Assembly: GCA_951406725.2 (NCBI GenBank)
Contig: OX597827.1
Span: forward strand, 50,344,001-50,408,000
DNA from: Octopus vulgaris
Lineage: Eukaryota
Direction of reading: 5' to 3'
DNA: 64,000 nt
Shown here: positions 1-14,789 of the stretch, piece by piece
Position numbering within the stretch: the first letter of the stretch is position 1
How the letters are laid out: each line of letters starts with the position of its first letter
Made by a program: the position numbers and the translations under genes
Notes under the pieces: model-generated
Database searches by the model: none
What the model was told of the DNA's origin: nothing
What the model saw: only the letters and a program-made list of their open reading frames with translations

Positions 1-254
1 GAACAGCTGTAGTGTAGTTTTTATTACTGTAGTAACGAAAGCTGTACACTCAAATGTGGACCACTCACAGTCTGATCTATAGCAGTAGTGCAGGTGATTA
101 TAACAGTAGCGTAAACATCACAATGACTATATGATCAACATCCCATTTTGATGTGTAAATGTCAAAAGAGTTGACCATCATGTTTCAAGATTATCGCCCG
201 AACCGGCATTCATCAAAGGTTATTTGCTGTTTACAGGAAAATAGTCTGCAGGGA

Positions 255-580
255 ACCGTGAAATCCTGCCACTGTAGGCTAAAGAAAGTACACTTTATAT
301 AAAAGCAGATGCTCAACATAAAACACAAGGAAAGGATATATATTGGAGGCTTAAACTGGATAATCACGAAATAAGCTGTCACTCATAATTCGTTTCAAGT
401 AAGGATTCTTTTTGTTTGAAGATAAACTTTTGACACGGATGTTCATAAATATTATATGAATTTTAATAAACCACTATATGAACTGTAAAGCTACATTAGT
501 TGTTTTCGTTTTCTCTAAAGATGATAACATTGACCTTTCATGAAACCAATCTCGAAACGCCTACGAGGTCGTAGAACAAA
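255..580 (+). mobile_element. Highly degenerate Penelope-like (GIY-YIG region) remnant
   Basis: Broken frames give SCHCRLKK, IYKA-like and YIG-like pieces in the order of the PLE CxCR...VIYKA...YIG endonuclease region; many frameshifts. Confidence 0.3.
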
Positions 581-2769
581 ACCTGATAGTTGAACTAAAA
601 GTGAAAGACTACTTAAAAAACTTAAACATAGATTTTTTTACAGCAAACGCTAATTCTCACATGCTTCATGAATATTAATAAGGTCTCTCAGAAAAAGATA
701 CATAATTTTGTGCTATATCATTCCCAAACACAAGTGCAACAATTTCATAAGAACGCAATCTCTTTGACTTGCTCCAGAAGAATATGAAATAAAAACATAT
801 ACGCGTACGAATCTGAGATTTTCATCCAGTCGCTCGACTGGTTAGCACCCCAGTTGCTTTCGCATCGCATCCTATCGAAATAAAATAAAACGTATATTTT
901 GGCAGCGTAATTCTCGATGTACAAAATATACGGCTCGAACAGCTTTAATTATAATTGTCGACCAGGGTTTACTTTGAGGTTAAAAACAACATCCTATATA
1001 CACAAACATAGCAGAAACAACAGTAGCTTCAGTAGCCCTGATGACTTCTTTAGGGTGCAACATCAAATATAATTACAGCGGAGCGGTAGTTGTCGTGTTA
1101 AGTTCGATCACACTGGCCTCAAATTTGAGTGGCCATTAACAAAACCTATAGGTATAGACAAAAAAGAAAATTTTATTTGTCTAGCCTGTAACACTCTTTC
1201 AAATTAAACTTTCTCAATGTATTCTGCATCGCTCATCACTTTAGGTTGGGCCGAATTGTTTTTGTGTAACTAACTGTTATAGTGAGCAAAATTTAGCAAG
1301 AAAAAGACATTGGAAAAACACCGACGTTTGGGGAATTTTGCTTTGTCACAAGCATTCAAATGCGTTTTGACTGTACATTAAAAATTTATTACTGAACATT
1401 TTCTTTCACTCGTCTAAAATAATGGTAGTTATAAAATGACTCTTTCGATATCAAATTATTACTTTGTATAATTAATTTGTTAGTATGACATTATATGAAT
1501 AGCTCAGATCAATCGTCATCGCCGAAGTTTTTTTTATTACAAACTGTTACACTACCTGCCATAATTCATTGAGCTAAATATGCTATTTCTTTCAAAAGCA
1601 ATTGAAGAACCATTTATGAAGCCATAGAAATTTGTTCCACATTTACATTAAGAACTGACACATATCCAGTTGGTATTTGATATTATAGTGTCATGTGTTC
1701 ACATCTGTTTCTCTGTTAGAGTGTATTAGTAAACAAATTACAGATATCATATCAGTCAACAAGTATCAATAATAGCAGAAACGTACAAGCTCACTTAAAT
1801 GTCAAATGAATCAGTACCGCTTGTAAAATTTAATTAGCCAACATTCTCGTCTCTTATTTGTATGGCTCTGGTATCCTTGTGATATTTTATGCAAATAGTA
1901 TTCTTACTAACGAAAAATGTAGGAGAAATTATGCATCTGTAATTTATTTACTAATGAAAGATGATTTGTATAACTTCCATCTGTGACTGCTTTTGTAATG
2001 AAGCATGTTGAAAAGCACAAAATTATAGCAGTTACGTTTTGTAACATGGAATTAGTGTAGCAAGTAAAATGGTGCCAATTTGGAATCCAAAATATTACCG
2101 CATTCACCAACGGCTATAACATTATAATAATTGAATTAGTATGAAACAAACAGTAGGACATATTTGATACGCATTATTTATTAATATAGTTTTGAAAATT
2201 CAGTTATATGCAATTTTTATTTATTATGCGCCTTATCTAATAAAAAACCATTAAATTTTATGTACGTTTAAAGCAAGGAGCTGATTATGCGAGAATGTTA
2301 CATCATTGCAAAACTTAATAAATGTGAGTAGTAGTAAAAGTTTGCAGCATAATAGCAATGTTGTAAAGCAACAAAAGAAGGCATGTTTTTTTATAAAGAT
2401 CATTCATTTTTATCATTTTCTATGAAGTCAGTATCATCTACGGTATCCGAGGCAGGCTTATTATATATTTAACGGCATTGGGTGGATACTCTAAAATATT
2501 TTTTGAACGGACTCTAGTATCTAAGATCTGACTGCGTCCCTTCTTATCCCATGTGAGGGACGATACATTATGATATGGTTGTTTTTTCAAAACTCTTTCA
2601 TATTGCAGCTTTTGTTGATCTTATTTGTGCCAGGCACATAAATAGCATTTGTATTTGATCCTCAGAGATTGTATCATCGAGTGGATCTCAGTTGGTGGGA
2701 GGGTTTACCTAGAGGATTTAGATGAAGGAAAGACCGTAGTGGCTGTTGTAAGTATGTGTACGAAACAGT

Positions 2770-4366
2770 GAGGCCAAATATAAACCCTTCCTTGACGAAT
2801 TCACTGCAGCCATTATTGTAATTAAGACTGAGCTATTTGTTCTAGAAGGAGGCGTCAATGCACATGTTGGCGCTGAGCACTGGACACAGAAAAGAATGAC
2901 TGAGAGGAATGGTGACCATGAACTCAATGCGAATACCTTACTAGGCTTCCAAACTGGAAATGGACTCTCTATTATGAACACATTCTTCCAATAGAGGGAT
3001 AGCTGTAAGTATATCTGGTATAGGGATAACTAGTGACATAGGTCAGTGACAGATTTGTTACTGACCTCCAATCGATTTGATTCTGTGTTGGGTGTTCGTG
3101 TTAAGAGGGTACGGAGCAACCAACTGATAGCCACCTAGTTGTCTGCAACCTGAGACATAGTACAGCAGGGGAGCTCACGGAACTGGTAATTGCGACTTAC
3201 AGGATAAAGTGAGATGAGAAACAAATGTGTGGACACTATTGCATCCAAATTTAGAGACCTTCATGCAGAAAGTGAGGATATCGAAACAAAGTAGAAATTG
3301 TTTTGTTCAAAAGTTTATCCTTCTATACAAATCTGTTGACGAAAGCCGTCGGTGCAAAAGAAATTCCTATTTAACCAGGGAGTTAGAAATGCTATTGGAG
3401 TAAAGAAGGGGGCTTACGAAGTTTGGATTGAAATAAAGTCTCCCTTCTACGTATGAACGCCCAGATGTCTGTGTTGGGGGTAAGGCTTTGAACTTCGACA
3501 GGGGTATGTATTGACATTTCTCCTTTTCATATTTTTATGAACGGGATTGACATGCACAGTCATTGTGGAAATGGAAGAGGTATCACAGTCGGTGTGTATA
3601 GGATTAATCGGCTAATATTTACATACGACATGGGGCTACTTTGCTCGTCAGATCTCCAGCATGCACTGAATGGGTTCGTTACCGAGTGCTACAAAGCAGG
3701 TATGAGAATTAGTGTTACAAATTAGGATTGATCTTCTCAAGAAAGCCTTCCGGTGCACTATCCATGTTAGTGTAACATCGTAACATCACCGAGGCAAGAA
3801 GATAAGCTTAAGTATCTATGGGCCGTATTTACGAGTGACTGGAAGCAGGAGTCTGAATAAATTGGCTGCAAGAATTGCTCAATAATGCGTCAGTTCCAGC
3901 ATTAGCTCCACAGAAGAGGAGAGGTTGGTAAAAAACTAAATTCGTTATCTTCTATACGCTTTCAGTGCCTATCCTCACCTATGTTCATGAATGGTGAATA
4001 ATGGACCAAACACGTACGATCGCGAATACAATCAGCTGAAATGGAGTTCCTCGGAAGGATTTCTGGAGTAACTTCTCGACCGGGTGCTAAGCTGGAATAT
4101 CAAGAATTTCCTCCTGTTCGAGCTGTAGCCCTACAGACATGTAATTAGAATGTCCCAAGAAAGAATCAGTGTCAACTGATAGAAGATGTAGGCATATACC
4201 AAGATGAGTGGAAAATATCCATAGCCTCAGTTGATCAAGCTTGGGAAACCCTCCAGAAAGTCTAATGACGGTTGCTTCTGATAGGATCTTTTGGAAAGGG
4301 GCCTCAGGTCACTACTCTATTTATCCTCCCAGAAATAGTGGGCGGAGAAAATGAGTGGATGGATGG
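2770..4366 (+). mobile_element. Degenerate RTE-clade LINE (Rex3/Expander-like), internally deleted
   Basis: APE motifs GGVNAHVG, GLSIMNTFFQ, TDSHLVVC; RT motifs LRQGYVL, LIFTYDMGLL, DLQHALNGFVTEC, KYLWAVFTSD, PILTYVHEW, RSRIQSAEMEFLGRISG; ends gaaaatgagtggatggatgg, a (GATG)n-type tail. Confidence 0.85.
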
Positions 4367-5380
4367 CTAGTACTATCCAGTATTAGACATAAGAAACAAA
4401 AAATAACTGATTTGTAAAGATACATTTTAATACGTTATAGATCACATCTTAGTTACATAACATTGTTATATGAAATTTTCGAATTCCTATGCAACAACAG
4501 GAATTACGGTCTCATTCTTCTAAAGTTGCTTGAATATCTCCATAGTAACATCATTAGTCACGCTTATTTCTCTCCAAAATTTGTTTTTTTTACAAATGAT
4601 GAGTACTTATTGATGAAAGGTTACACGCCATGAAGTTTTTCACAGATAATTTTCCAATAAGAAACATTACCGATTCTCCGCGTAGATAAACTGCAGTAAT
4701 TGTCTTCTTAAGAAATGCAACGAAATGCCATTAAATCTCTCTATTTTTTTTCTATTTCACATTTCTTCATGGGATATTATTTCCAGAAATCACTTTGTTA
4801 GATTGGTTTTCTCAATTTTTCTCAAAATCACTATCTCAACAATAGATATGCATCATCATATCTCTAGTTCTTCACATAAATGATTTAAAAAAAAGAAAGA
4901 AAACATATTCTTGTTCTCTTCGTGTGCTTTCTTTGATTTCTGCTAGACTATATTTCAGGACCGATAACCTAAGTAACACAAAATCTGATTTCCATGAAAG
5001 CAATTTCATAGAAAATACAAAACGTACAAAGAAAGAGTATTAGAAATTTTTTGACAACTTAATCCGGTTCAAATGTATTTCAACCTATTCAATATGTCTT
5101 CTTTCCTGATTGACGCTTTTTCTTATATGATTTAATTCCTGTAGTTTATTTTCTGTAATCAACATACGAATCACTTATGAAATATTTTTTCATAATAGAA
5201 ACAAATGATCTTACAACCAAACTTAATATTACTCGTAACATTCATGAGTAGCAATACGATCCCGTTAAATAACTTAGATAGATAGGCCATTAAGAAATGG
5301 TTACAATTGTTACTCGTAGATTCTACAGTTCATTTCAAGGTACTAAATAGTTTTCTCTTATTGAGCAATAAACTAATATT

Positions 5381-5609
5381 CTTTACTCTTTTTTTACTCT
5401 TTTACTTGTTTCAGTCATTTGACTGCGGTCATGTTGGAGCACCGCCTTTAGTCAAGCAGATCGACCCCGGGACTTATTATTTGTAAGCCCAGTACTTATT
5501 CTATCGGTCTCTTTTGCCAAACCGCTAAGTGACAGGGACATAAACACACCAGCATCGGTAGTCAAGCAATGCTAGAGGGACAAACACAGACACACAAACA
5601 TATACACAC

Positions 5610-5666
<57 letters not shown>

Positions 5667-5828
5667 ACAGGCTTCTTTCAGTTTCCGTCTACCAAATCCA
5701 CTCACAAGGCATTGGTCGGCCCGGGGCTATAGCAAAAGACACTTGCCCAAGATGCCACGCAGTGGGACTGAACCCAGAACCATGTGGTTCGTAAGCAAGC
5801 TACTTACCACACAGCCACTCCTGCGCCT
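5381..5828 (-). mobile_element. tRNA-derived SINE (octopus OK-like) with internal (CA)/(TA) microsatellite
   Basis: Minus strand starts aggcgcaggagTGGCTGTGTGGtaag...GGTTCAGTCCC (A/B boxes); central microsatellite; tail gactgaaacaagtaaaagagtaaa; related copies at 12410 and 39355. Confidence 0.85.
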
Positions 5829-6105
5829 TAATTACGTTTTCCCTTCACTTTTCCTTCCGTATAGTACTCTCGTTCTAATATTATACACGCGCGCACGAAT
5901 AAACAAAAATGCACTCACGTTTATCATATTAAAAGTTAACAGTTAAAATTGAGTTTCACCTTTGGCTGAGCGGTTCCCGACTGGAGTAGAGAAAAGGATA
6001 GCAGTTTTATAAAGCTATCACTACGTTAGCTATATCAAGGTGGGTTGTGTTTTAAATGTCTGGAGTTTGATTTAAATATGTAAGATTTGTATTGGAATTT
6101 ATTGT

Positions 6106-6252
6106 TGGCGTTAGGAAGGGCATCCAGCTGTAGAAACACTGCCAGATTAGACTGGAGCCTGGTGCAGCCTTCTGGCTTCCCAGATCCCGGTCGAACCGTC
6201 CAACCCATGCTAGCATGGAGAATGGGCGTTAAACGATGATGATGATGATGAT
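6106..6252 (+). mobile_element. SINE/retroelement 3' fragment with (GAT)n tail
   Basis: tggcgttaggaagggcatccagctgtagaaa...gggcgttaaacgatgatgatgatg; GC-richer than flanks, simple-repeat tail. Confidence 0.6.
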
Positions 6253-6619
6253 GTCTATATGGAGGGAGACACTTCTACTTTCTTCTGATTATATAGGAAT
6301 ATATGGGAAATAAACTTTATTTATTAAAGGGTAAGTTAAATTTTCTAACAAGCTCGAGCCCTATATCATACATTCTCTGAACACTTATGTAAACATAAAT
6401 CTAAAATGTAACCAATGACATTACACTTCTCCATGAAAAACATATCCATACCCTAGTTTAACACAAAAACCTACAAGAGTAGAGAGCTGCACAAAAGGAG
6501 TTGACGTAAAACAAAAAAACTACCGTTATGAAAATATAACAAAGATACCAAAAAGAAAAAGAAAACATTACTCTGAATTTTGGATCTATCATCCGACATT
6601 ATTTTCTAACACTTCGACT

Positions 6620-6829
6620 TGTGGAGGCACATGGCCTAGTGGTTAGAGCAGCGGACTCGTGATCGCGGGTTCGAATCTCAGACCGGACGATGTGTGTATT
6701 TATGAGCTAAACACCTAAGCTCCACGCGTCTCCGGCAGAAGGTAATGGCGAAACTTCTGCTGACTCTTTCACCACAACTTTCTCTCACTCTTTCCTCATG
6801 CATCTTGCAGCTCACCTGCGAAGGACCGG
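6620..6829 (+). mobile_element. tRNA-derived SINE (octopus OR-like), 3' truncated
   Basis: TGGCCTAGTGG A box, GGTTCGAATC B box; near-identical to the copy at 61582. Confidence 0.85.
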
Positions 6830-6985
6830 TGGTTAAGACCTGTGATATCATCGTTAGCTGAAATTATATCCTTAAGTGCAAGGCGGATTTTACCAATTAT
6901 TTTCAGGTTTTGGTTAGAATTGCGGATTTTTGGGAGAGTATCGCGTTCATTCATACTGGTTTCTTTCTCTTGTTATTCAGTGCGG
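6830..6985 (-). mobile_element. R4/Dong-like ORF fragment (pre-RT region)
   Basis: Minus strand reads ERDTLPKIRNSNQNLKIIGKIRLALKDIISANDDITGLNH, comparable to the TNLNNLIY region at 42380. Confidence 0.5.
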
Positions 6986-6987
6986 GC

Positions 6988-8389
6988 ATTATTATTATTA
7001 TTATTATTATTACTTTTTTTTTTTTCTTCTTTCAAATTTTCTTCCATTTCTTGCCGAGTGTCTTCCCGACTCCTAGGGCAAAGAAACTCATAGTGTATAT
7101 TGGTAGGCCATTAAACCAAACTCAGAAGTTCGTTCATTTTTTTTTTTTTTTTTTTTAAAAGTTAGATTAAAATACATGAGCAGCAACAGTTCTCACATCG
7201 ACAATGCTCTTCTCAATACGTGTGATGTACCAGTTAAGACAATATTTTGCACTTCTTGCAGGGATGGTAAGCCAGGGATCATTCTCATATAATTTTCGGT
7301 TCCCTTCTTGATCATTCCTAGTGCTCCTACGATCACTGGTATTGTAACCGCCTTGAGATGCCACATTTTCTCAATTTCAATGAGTAGGTCTTTATATTTT
7401 CTGAGCTTGTCAAACTCTTTCGCTGAGATATTATGATCACAGGGGATGCTCATGTCGATCAATAAGCAAACTTTATTGTTTTGGTCTTTCACAACAATAT
7501 CTGGTTTATTGGCCTTGATGGTTCGGTCTGTATGTACTGGAAAGTCCCACAGAATGGTTACATTTTCTCCTTCAGTTACAGCCTCAGGGTGGTGATTATA
7601 CCACTTGTCGGCAGTTTTGATATTGTAATGCCGACTTATTAGCCAGTGGAGATATTGGCCAACTCTGTCATGTCTTAATTTATACTCCACTGGTGCTAAG
7701 ACTTTACATCCAGAGATTAGGTGGTCCACTGTTTCAATCATGTCGTTGCAGAATCGGCATTTTGGGTCTGCTCCATTTTTCATCACATTGGCCTGGTAGT
7801 TCCGGGTTAATAGGCTTTGGTCTTGAGCAGCCAGGATGAAACCTTCGCTCTCTGCTTTTAGCCCTGAGCTCCGCAGCCACTGATGGGTTTGCTTCTGGTC
7901 AACATCAGCTTGTTTGCTGCGGGTCACATATTTGCCGTGCAGAGGTTTCTCCTCCCACCTATCAGCCAATTGCTCGTGCGCTTTTTTCATTGCCATCATT
8001 TTCACCTTCTTTGCAACAATAGTTGCCGTACTTCCCTCGGGTTGTTCAGTTTGGGTATCCTGCACGAGATCAATAGCAAATTTTTTGCTTTCCTTGATGA
8101 TAGAATGAAGCTTCTTTCGTCTCTCGTGATTTTCCACGAGCTTTAGCATCCAGTCATTCGATATTTCGAGATATTTGGCCAGTCCAATTGTGGTTGTTTT
8201 GTAAGTTAGTTCAAATTGGATCAGGCCTCGACCTCCTTGGGCTCTGGGAAGGTAAAGGCGATCTACGTCTGCCTTTGGGTGGTGCATCCTATTACAACTC
8301 AGCAGCTTGCGTATTTTTCTATCTATATTCTTTACTTCACTCATATTCCAGTTCAACACATTGTAGCTATAAGTAACAACTGGAACTGC
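6988..8389 (-). mobile_element. 5'-truncated R4/Dong-clade non-LTR retrotransposon (RLE type) inserted in (TAA)n
   Basis: Uninterrupted ORF, a ~200-nt 3' UTR ending in an A-run plus (TAA)n, and a 5' junction directly against (TAA)n. Confidence 0.92.
7193..8389 (-). CDS. C-terminal part of R4/Dong ORF: RT thumb, CCHC zinc knuckle, restriction-like endonuclease
   Basis: RLYLPRAQGGRGL, AAQDQSL, CRFC..ETVDHLISGC, RHD, KPDIVV...LIDMSIP...K..KY, PVIVGALG; frame stays open upstream to AVPVVTYSYNVLNW at the truncation point. Confidence 0.9.
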   Translation of the reverse strand, partial: AVPVVTYSYNVLNWNMSEVKNIDRKIRKLLSCNRMHHPKADVDRLYLPRAQGGRGLIQFELTYKTTTIGLAKYLEISNDWMLKLVENHERRKKLHSIIKESKKFAIDLVQDTQTEQPEGSTATIVAKKVKMMAMKKAHEQLADRWEEKPLHGKYVTRSKQADVDQKQTHQWLRSSGLKAESEGFILAAQDQSLLTRNYQANVMKNGADPKCRFCNDMIETVDHLISGCKVLAPVEYKLRHDRVGQYLHWLISRHYNIKTADKWYNHHPEAVTEGENVTILWDFPVHTDRTIKANKPDIVVKDQNNKVCLLIDMSIPCDHNISAKEFDKLRKYKDLLIEIEKMWHLKAVTIPVIVGALGMIKKGTENYMRMIPGLPSLQEVQNIVLTGTSHVLRRALSM

Positions 8390-10062
<1,673 letters not shown>

Positions 10063-10549
10063 TGTTTTTATTTGTATATACGTTTTCCGCATATGTATAT
10101 GCATGTGCGTATAAACAACGTTTTGTACATCTGCGTATGTATGTGTGTGCGCGTAGAGATGTATATATGAGCGTATATATACATATTGTACAGAAGACAT
10201 TTTTGCCTTTTATACAAATAGAAAAGTGGATGTTGTTTTGTTTAGTTTAGGAATGGGAAAAGAGAAAAGAGGAAGAAAGGATAGGTGGGGAGAGAACAAA
10301 ACAACGTCCTCTTTTCGATTTGTATAAAAGGCAAGAAAATTTTCTGAAGAGTCCTATTTAGCTGACAAAAGCGCTAATAAAACAATTATCCTAAAGTCTG
10401 ATTGCCTCCTGTTTCTTAATAGACAATATCTGCACATCACTTCAAACATTCAATACATACATACATACATATATACATACATACATACATACATACATAC
10501 ATACATACATACATACATACATGCATACATACATACATGCAGGGTAAAG

Positions 10550-10990
10550 TCAAATAAAAAACAGAGAAAAAGAAAATAACAAACAAACGTGCGGACGTAG
10601 CACAAGCAATGTATTAATATGACGCTCGGTGAAAGATTAGAGTTGTTGTTTTACGTTCCGAGTATAGCACTTCATGGGAAACAAGAAAAGCAGCAAAGTC
10701 CAAAGGAAAAGAAGGAGGAAAGATCGCCTAACAGTCTATGTACAGTAACATTTCTGAAGTGACCGGAAGTAAAAGGAGGAAGAGAAAGGGCTTTCTGGGC
10801 CAAGAGAGTGTGATGTTGATCGGTGTGTGTGTGGGTGTGTGTGGTAGCGTGTGTATATATTCTAGCGTGTGTAGCAGTAACTACGTGTGTGTGCGTGCGT
10901 GCGTGGTAGCTGTGTGTGTGCATGATCTCATGTGTGTATGTATGTGTGTGTTTGGTGTGTGTTTGCATGTGTGCGTAGATGGAAGGGTCA
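10550..10990 (-). mobile_element. PLE-type terminal repeat (family C) with decayed HHR
   Basis: Minus strand cccatgaagtgctatactcggaacgtaaa...ccgagcgtcatattaatac; matches copies at 33271 and 39545. Confidence 0.55.
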
Positions 10991-11263
10991 ATAGCAGTGG
11001 TGTGCAATGTTTTACGAAAAAATAAAACTATAATTGCCATTAAATATGACTAAGGGTGTTAGAAATACCCACATTGCCAGAAACATGAGCAGTCAAACAC
11101 ATAATAATATATATACATACTAACATGGATCGTAATCACCGGAAAGCAGCAGTTGAGACATCCCATGTTGATCGGTCAGTTTCAGTTTCTCGCCGTAGCC
11201 TCTTAATTGGGGTCGGCTCGACTAGGCTGATTCCGGCCAAAAATCACTGCCGGTATATATATA

Positions 11264-11657
11264 TCTTTATATATAAAAGAGAGGTTGTGTGCTGTCTGTC
11301 TCCTACGATTTAGATTCCTAACTACTCCCACATTTTGCGGTGCAGTTTAACCAAAACCGGGTATCTTATAGTCGTGTTTCATATCGAGCCCTTCTGGGTA
11401 TTAGCGCGCGTCTACGATGAGTCTACGATTTTAAAAAAATTTACCATTAATTTTTCCCATTTTTAATGCATTTTTAGCATATATAAGGGAAGTAACTCTC
11501 TGAAATTTTATTATTAAATCTCAGAACGTAAAAAGCTACAGTAACACCCCACTTTATAGTTAGCCATATTGAGATGGCTATTATACTTTACATCTCTAAA
11601 AATGCTTATATAGTTATTTCCCTTACAAACCCGAGCAACGCCGGGCGATACTGCTAG
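11264..11657 (+). mobile_element. Non-autonomous Helitron
   Basis: 5' TC start (a|tctttatatataaa), 3' hairpin cccgagcaacgccggg ~8 nt before CTAG, inserted between A and T, no TSD. Confidence 0.85.
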
Positions 11658-11739
11658 TATATATATATAAATCTGCGAATGATTTAGTGAATCGGTAATG
11701 TGTATAAAAATAATTAATAATAGCAGCGGTGTGCAATGT

Positions 11740-11874
11740 TAGATAGACAGTCGACAACTGATAAAGGGTCATTCTTTGTATTACTTGTCTTTTTTTCTCG
11801 TTATTTGCGTATTTAACTCATTTGTTTTCACGTTTCATGTTGTTTACTGTTGGTGACGTCCTGTACCCATATAT

Positions 11875-11875
<1 letters not shown>
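11740..11875 (+). repeat. Unclassified ~140-bp interspersed repeat (family E)
   Basis: gacagtcgacaactgataaagggtc...gacgtcctgtacc; a homologous copy lies in opposite orientation at 28398-28565. Confidence 0.6.
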
Positions 11876-11921
<46 letters not shown>

Positions 11922-12002
11922 AATATACACATATATATACATTATTTATATTATTATGCAATTGAACGCCACGCATCCATTACCAAGTAAGTTTATATAT
12001 GC

Positions 12003-12071
<69 letters not shown>

Positions 12072-12079
12072 TGTGTGTG

Positions 12080-12290
12080 TACAGTAATGGTAAGACAACA
12101 AAAGAATGAAAGAGACCTCGATATTATGTAAATAGAGGAATTTATTTGTAATATAATATGTGACAATTATTCGGTTGCCATGGTAATACTCCGAGTTTCG
12201 GATGTCGGGGCGGAGACCTGCACCAGCATCTCTTCAGTTATCGAGGCAATTAAAACATGCTATGAAAATGACCGTTAAACAAAGGGAAAT
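12080..12290 (-). mobile_element. PLE-type terminal repeat (family B) with HHR motif
   Basis: Minus strand ataaCTGAAGAgatg...catcCGAAActcggagt; homologous to both arms of 15885-17040. Confidence 0.75.
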
Positions 12291-12409
12291 TGCCCTGTCA
12301 TCATTTTATACATATACATATACATACACACACATATATATATATATACATACACACACACACATACACACACACACACATACACGCACACACATATATA
12401 TATATATAT

Positions 12410-12675
<266 letters not shown>

Positions 12676-14477
12676 ACAATTCTGAAAGGCGTAATTAAAA
12701 TTAAGAATACATATATTCTTTATTTTAATTACTCCTTTCGGAATTGTTAGATTTGTAGTCGGGATAAAATCCAATAATTAATCAATTCGAAATGATGATA
12801 AGAACCAAATTAATCGCTTCTAACCCAAATGCTACTGGCGTACTTTGTATGCGACGTATGTTGACAATTATATCAATTGCCCATAAGCTTTTTGATGAGC
12901 CATGAAACAAAGAATTCTTTTCTCAAACAGTAACTAGAATTTCAACTGGACAAAATTGTGGCATAGGAGAGGGCATCTATCAGTTTATATAAATATTTAT
13001 ATAATATAATAAATAGCTTTCTTAATGAGTTGACAGAAGAGTGATCCAAACATTGAATAAACCTTGATTTTCAGTCCAAAGAATTGCGATTGTAGTGTAC
13101 AACGCTCTCCACAACCATTGCTACTGAGACCAACCTATACCATTCGAATACAGGATGGTACAGATTGGAATACCATCGCTCGGTACAATTGATTATTAAT
13201 ATACCACACAACTGGATAGGCAAGCCCACCCCACTCCAATGGATGAGTTGGTTTCAATAAATGCAAGATATCAGTTTTGGTGGGTGATGTACAGATGCAA
13301 ATTTTCGACTTCTGTGCGTGGAGAAGCATCTGAAAAATATGCACGTGAATCTTTAAGTAACGTAACAAGGAATCTTTAACTGTTTTCTTATAAATATATG
13401 TAAACTGTAAACAATATGTTGAGTGTTCATATTTTTGTTTGCACACATAAACATACATGTATGTGTATATGTGTGTATGTATACATAGATACGTATGAAT
13501 GCGTATGTACACACATAAATACACAAACGTACACACACGCCCCCACCACACACAGTAATTTCACAAGCTGAACTAGATTACTGTCTGTTGTCTTGGAAGA
13601 CTAGCTGTTACCATTCAAACACGTATTAAAAGTCTTAATTTTGATAACAAATATTCCTTTCTTTTACATATTTTCATTTCTTTCTTTTCATTCTTTATTT
13701 TCAGTTTGTTTGCTATATACTCAAATAATCGTAAATACATTTTTCTTTTCTAGTTTCAGTATTAGGGGGCAAATTTTAAGGGTGGATTAGGGTGTTCATT
13801 TTTATTATAAATAATATTTATAATTGTTGCAATTACTTAACAGTAATGTCGCACATTTTTGATCAAAGATAACCCAGTTGTTACCATTGGGAGATTTTGC
13901 AAGTAGATTATTGAATGTCTTTCCGTTTTTGTTTTTAAATATAGTAACATGCAATTTGAGGGTGACACGGCTGTCATTTATAGCAGGTTAAGTGGTTATA
14001 TAGCTCCTTACTAGCTCGCAGTGTTAGATTAATGATAAATTTTGTGGTAGATATCAATTTTGTGCTTTATTCTTTTATGTTTTTATGATATATTTTGAAA
14101 TGAAAGCGATAGATTGTCAGAATCGATAGACTGCATTTCATTCTACCAGTATCGATAAAAGAGGTACTACTCAAGAACTGCGCTCGATGTAATTCCTACA
14201 AAATATGTAACTTTCCGCCCTTGTTGAAAATCAATACTAACAACAAACGCAGCGAACATATCATGAGCTGAATTCTCACAACTGTATTGATTCTAGATTT
14301 CAGTTAATTCACTTTATTTATGCAACTAGTCTCAAGAAATGAATATCCTCTGCATTGGGTATAAACAACTTATCCATGAGAAAACGCAACTTTCGCTGTA
14401 TCTCTGTGATCCTTTGAGCATTTATGCATGTGCTCTATATGTCAGAATTTATTTGCATTGGGAACGAGTAATTGTGC

Positions 14478-14624
14478 CTATTTCTGTTTGTCTTCACGCA
14501 AAGTGTTAATAGACGCTTTTGATTCTAAACCTAAACTAAAATTTTCAAGCGCAGAAGATACGCCAGCTGTCTCTTTATCAGCGAGAGACGATACAGAGTT
14601 GCAATTATCTACTGCTGTGAATTT
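14478..14624 (-). CDS. Candidate terminal coding exon of an unidentified host gene
   Basis: Acceptor tttattgttgtgaaag, then KFTAVDNCNSVSSLADKETAGVSSALENFSLGLESKASINTLREDKQK-stop in unique sequence; no homology recognised. Confidence 0.25.
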   Translation of the reverse strand, partial: KFTAVDNCNSVSSLADKETAGVSSALENFSLGLESKASINTLREDKQK

Positions 14625-14789
14625 CTTTCACAACAATAAAGAATAAAATTAATTTCGAAAAGGTACCACAGAGAAGTGAAAGTAAGAAATATGTTTTAAG
14701 TAGAGTTTTAGTTAAAATATCTATGTCTGGCTCCGGTGCAGGGTTACGCACGTAGAAAAGACGTTTAATCGACCCTTAGTACTTATTTT

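Noticed and set aside
6620-6690. tRNA-like sequences here and at 18001, 40482, 47581, 49228, 53400 and 61582 as tRNA genes
   Set aside because: No complete cloverleaf or acceptor stem; each continues into a shared repeat body, so they are SINE heads
11740-11875. Family E CTGATGA motif as a hammerhead
   Set aside because: No GAAA core or closing stems found at the required positions in either copy
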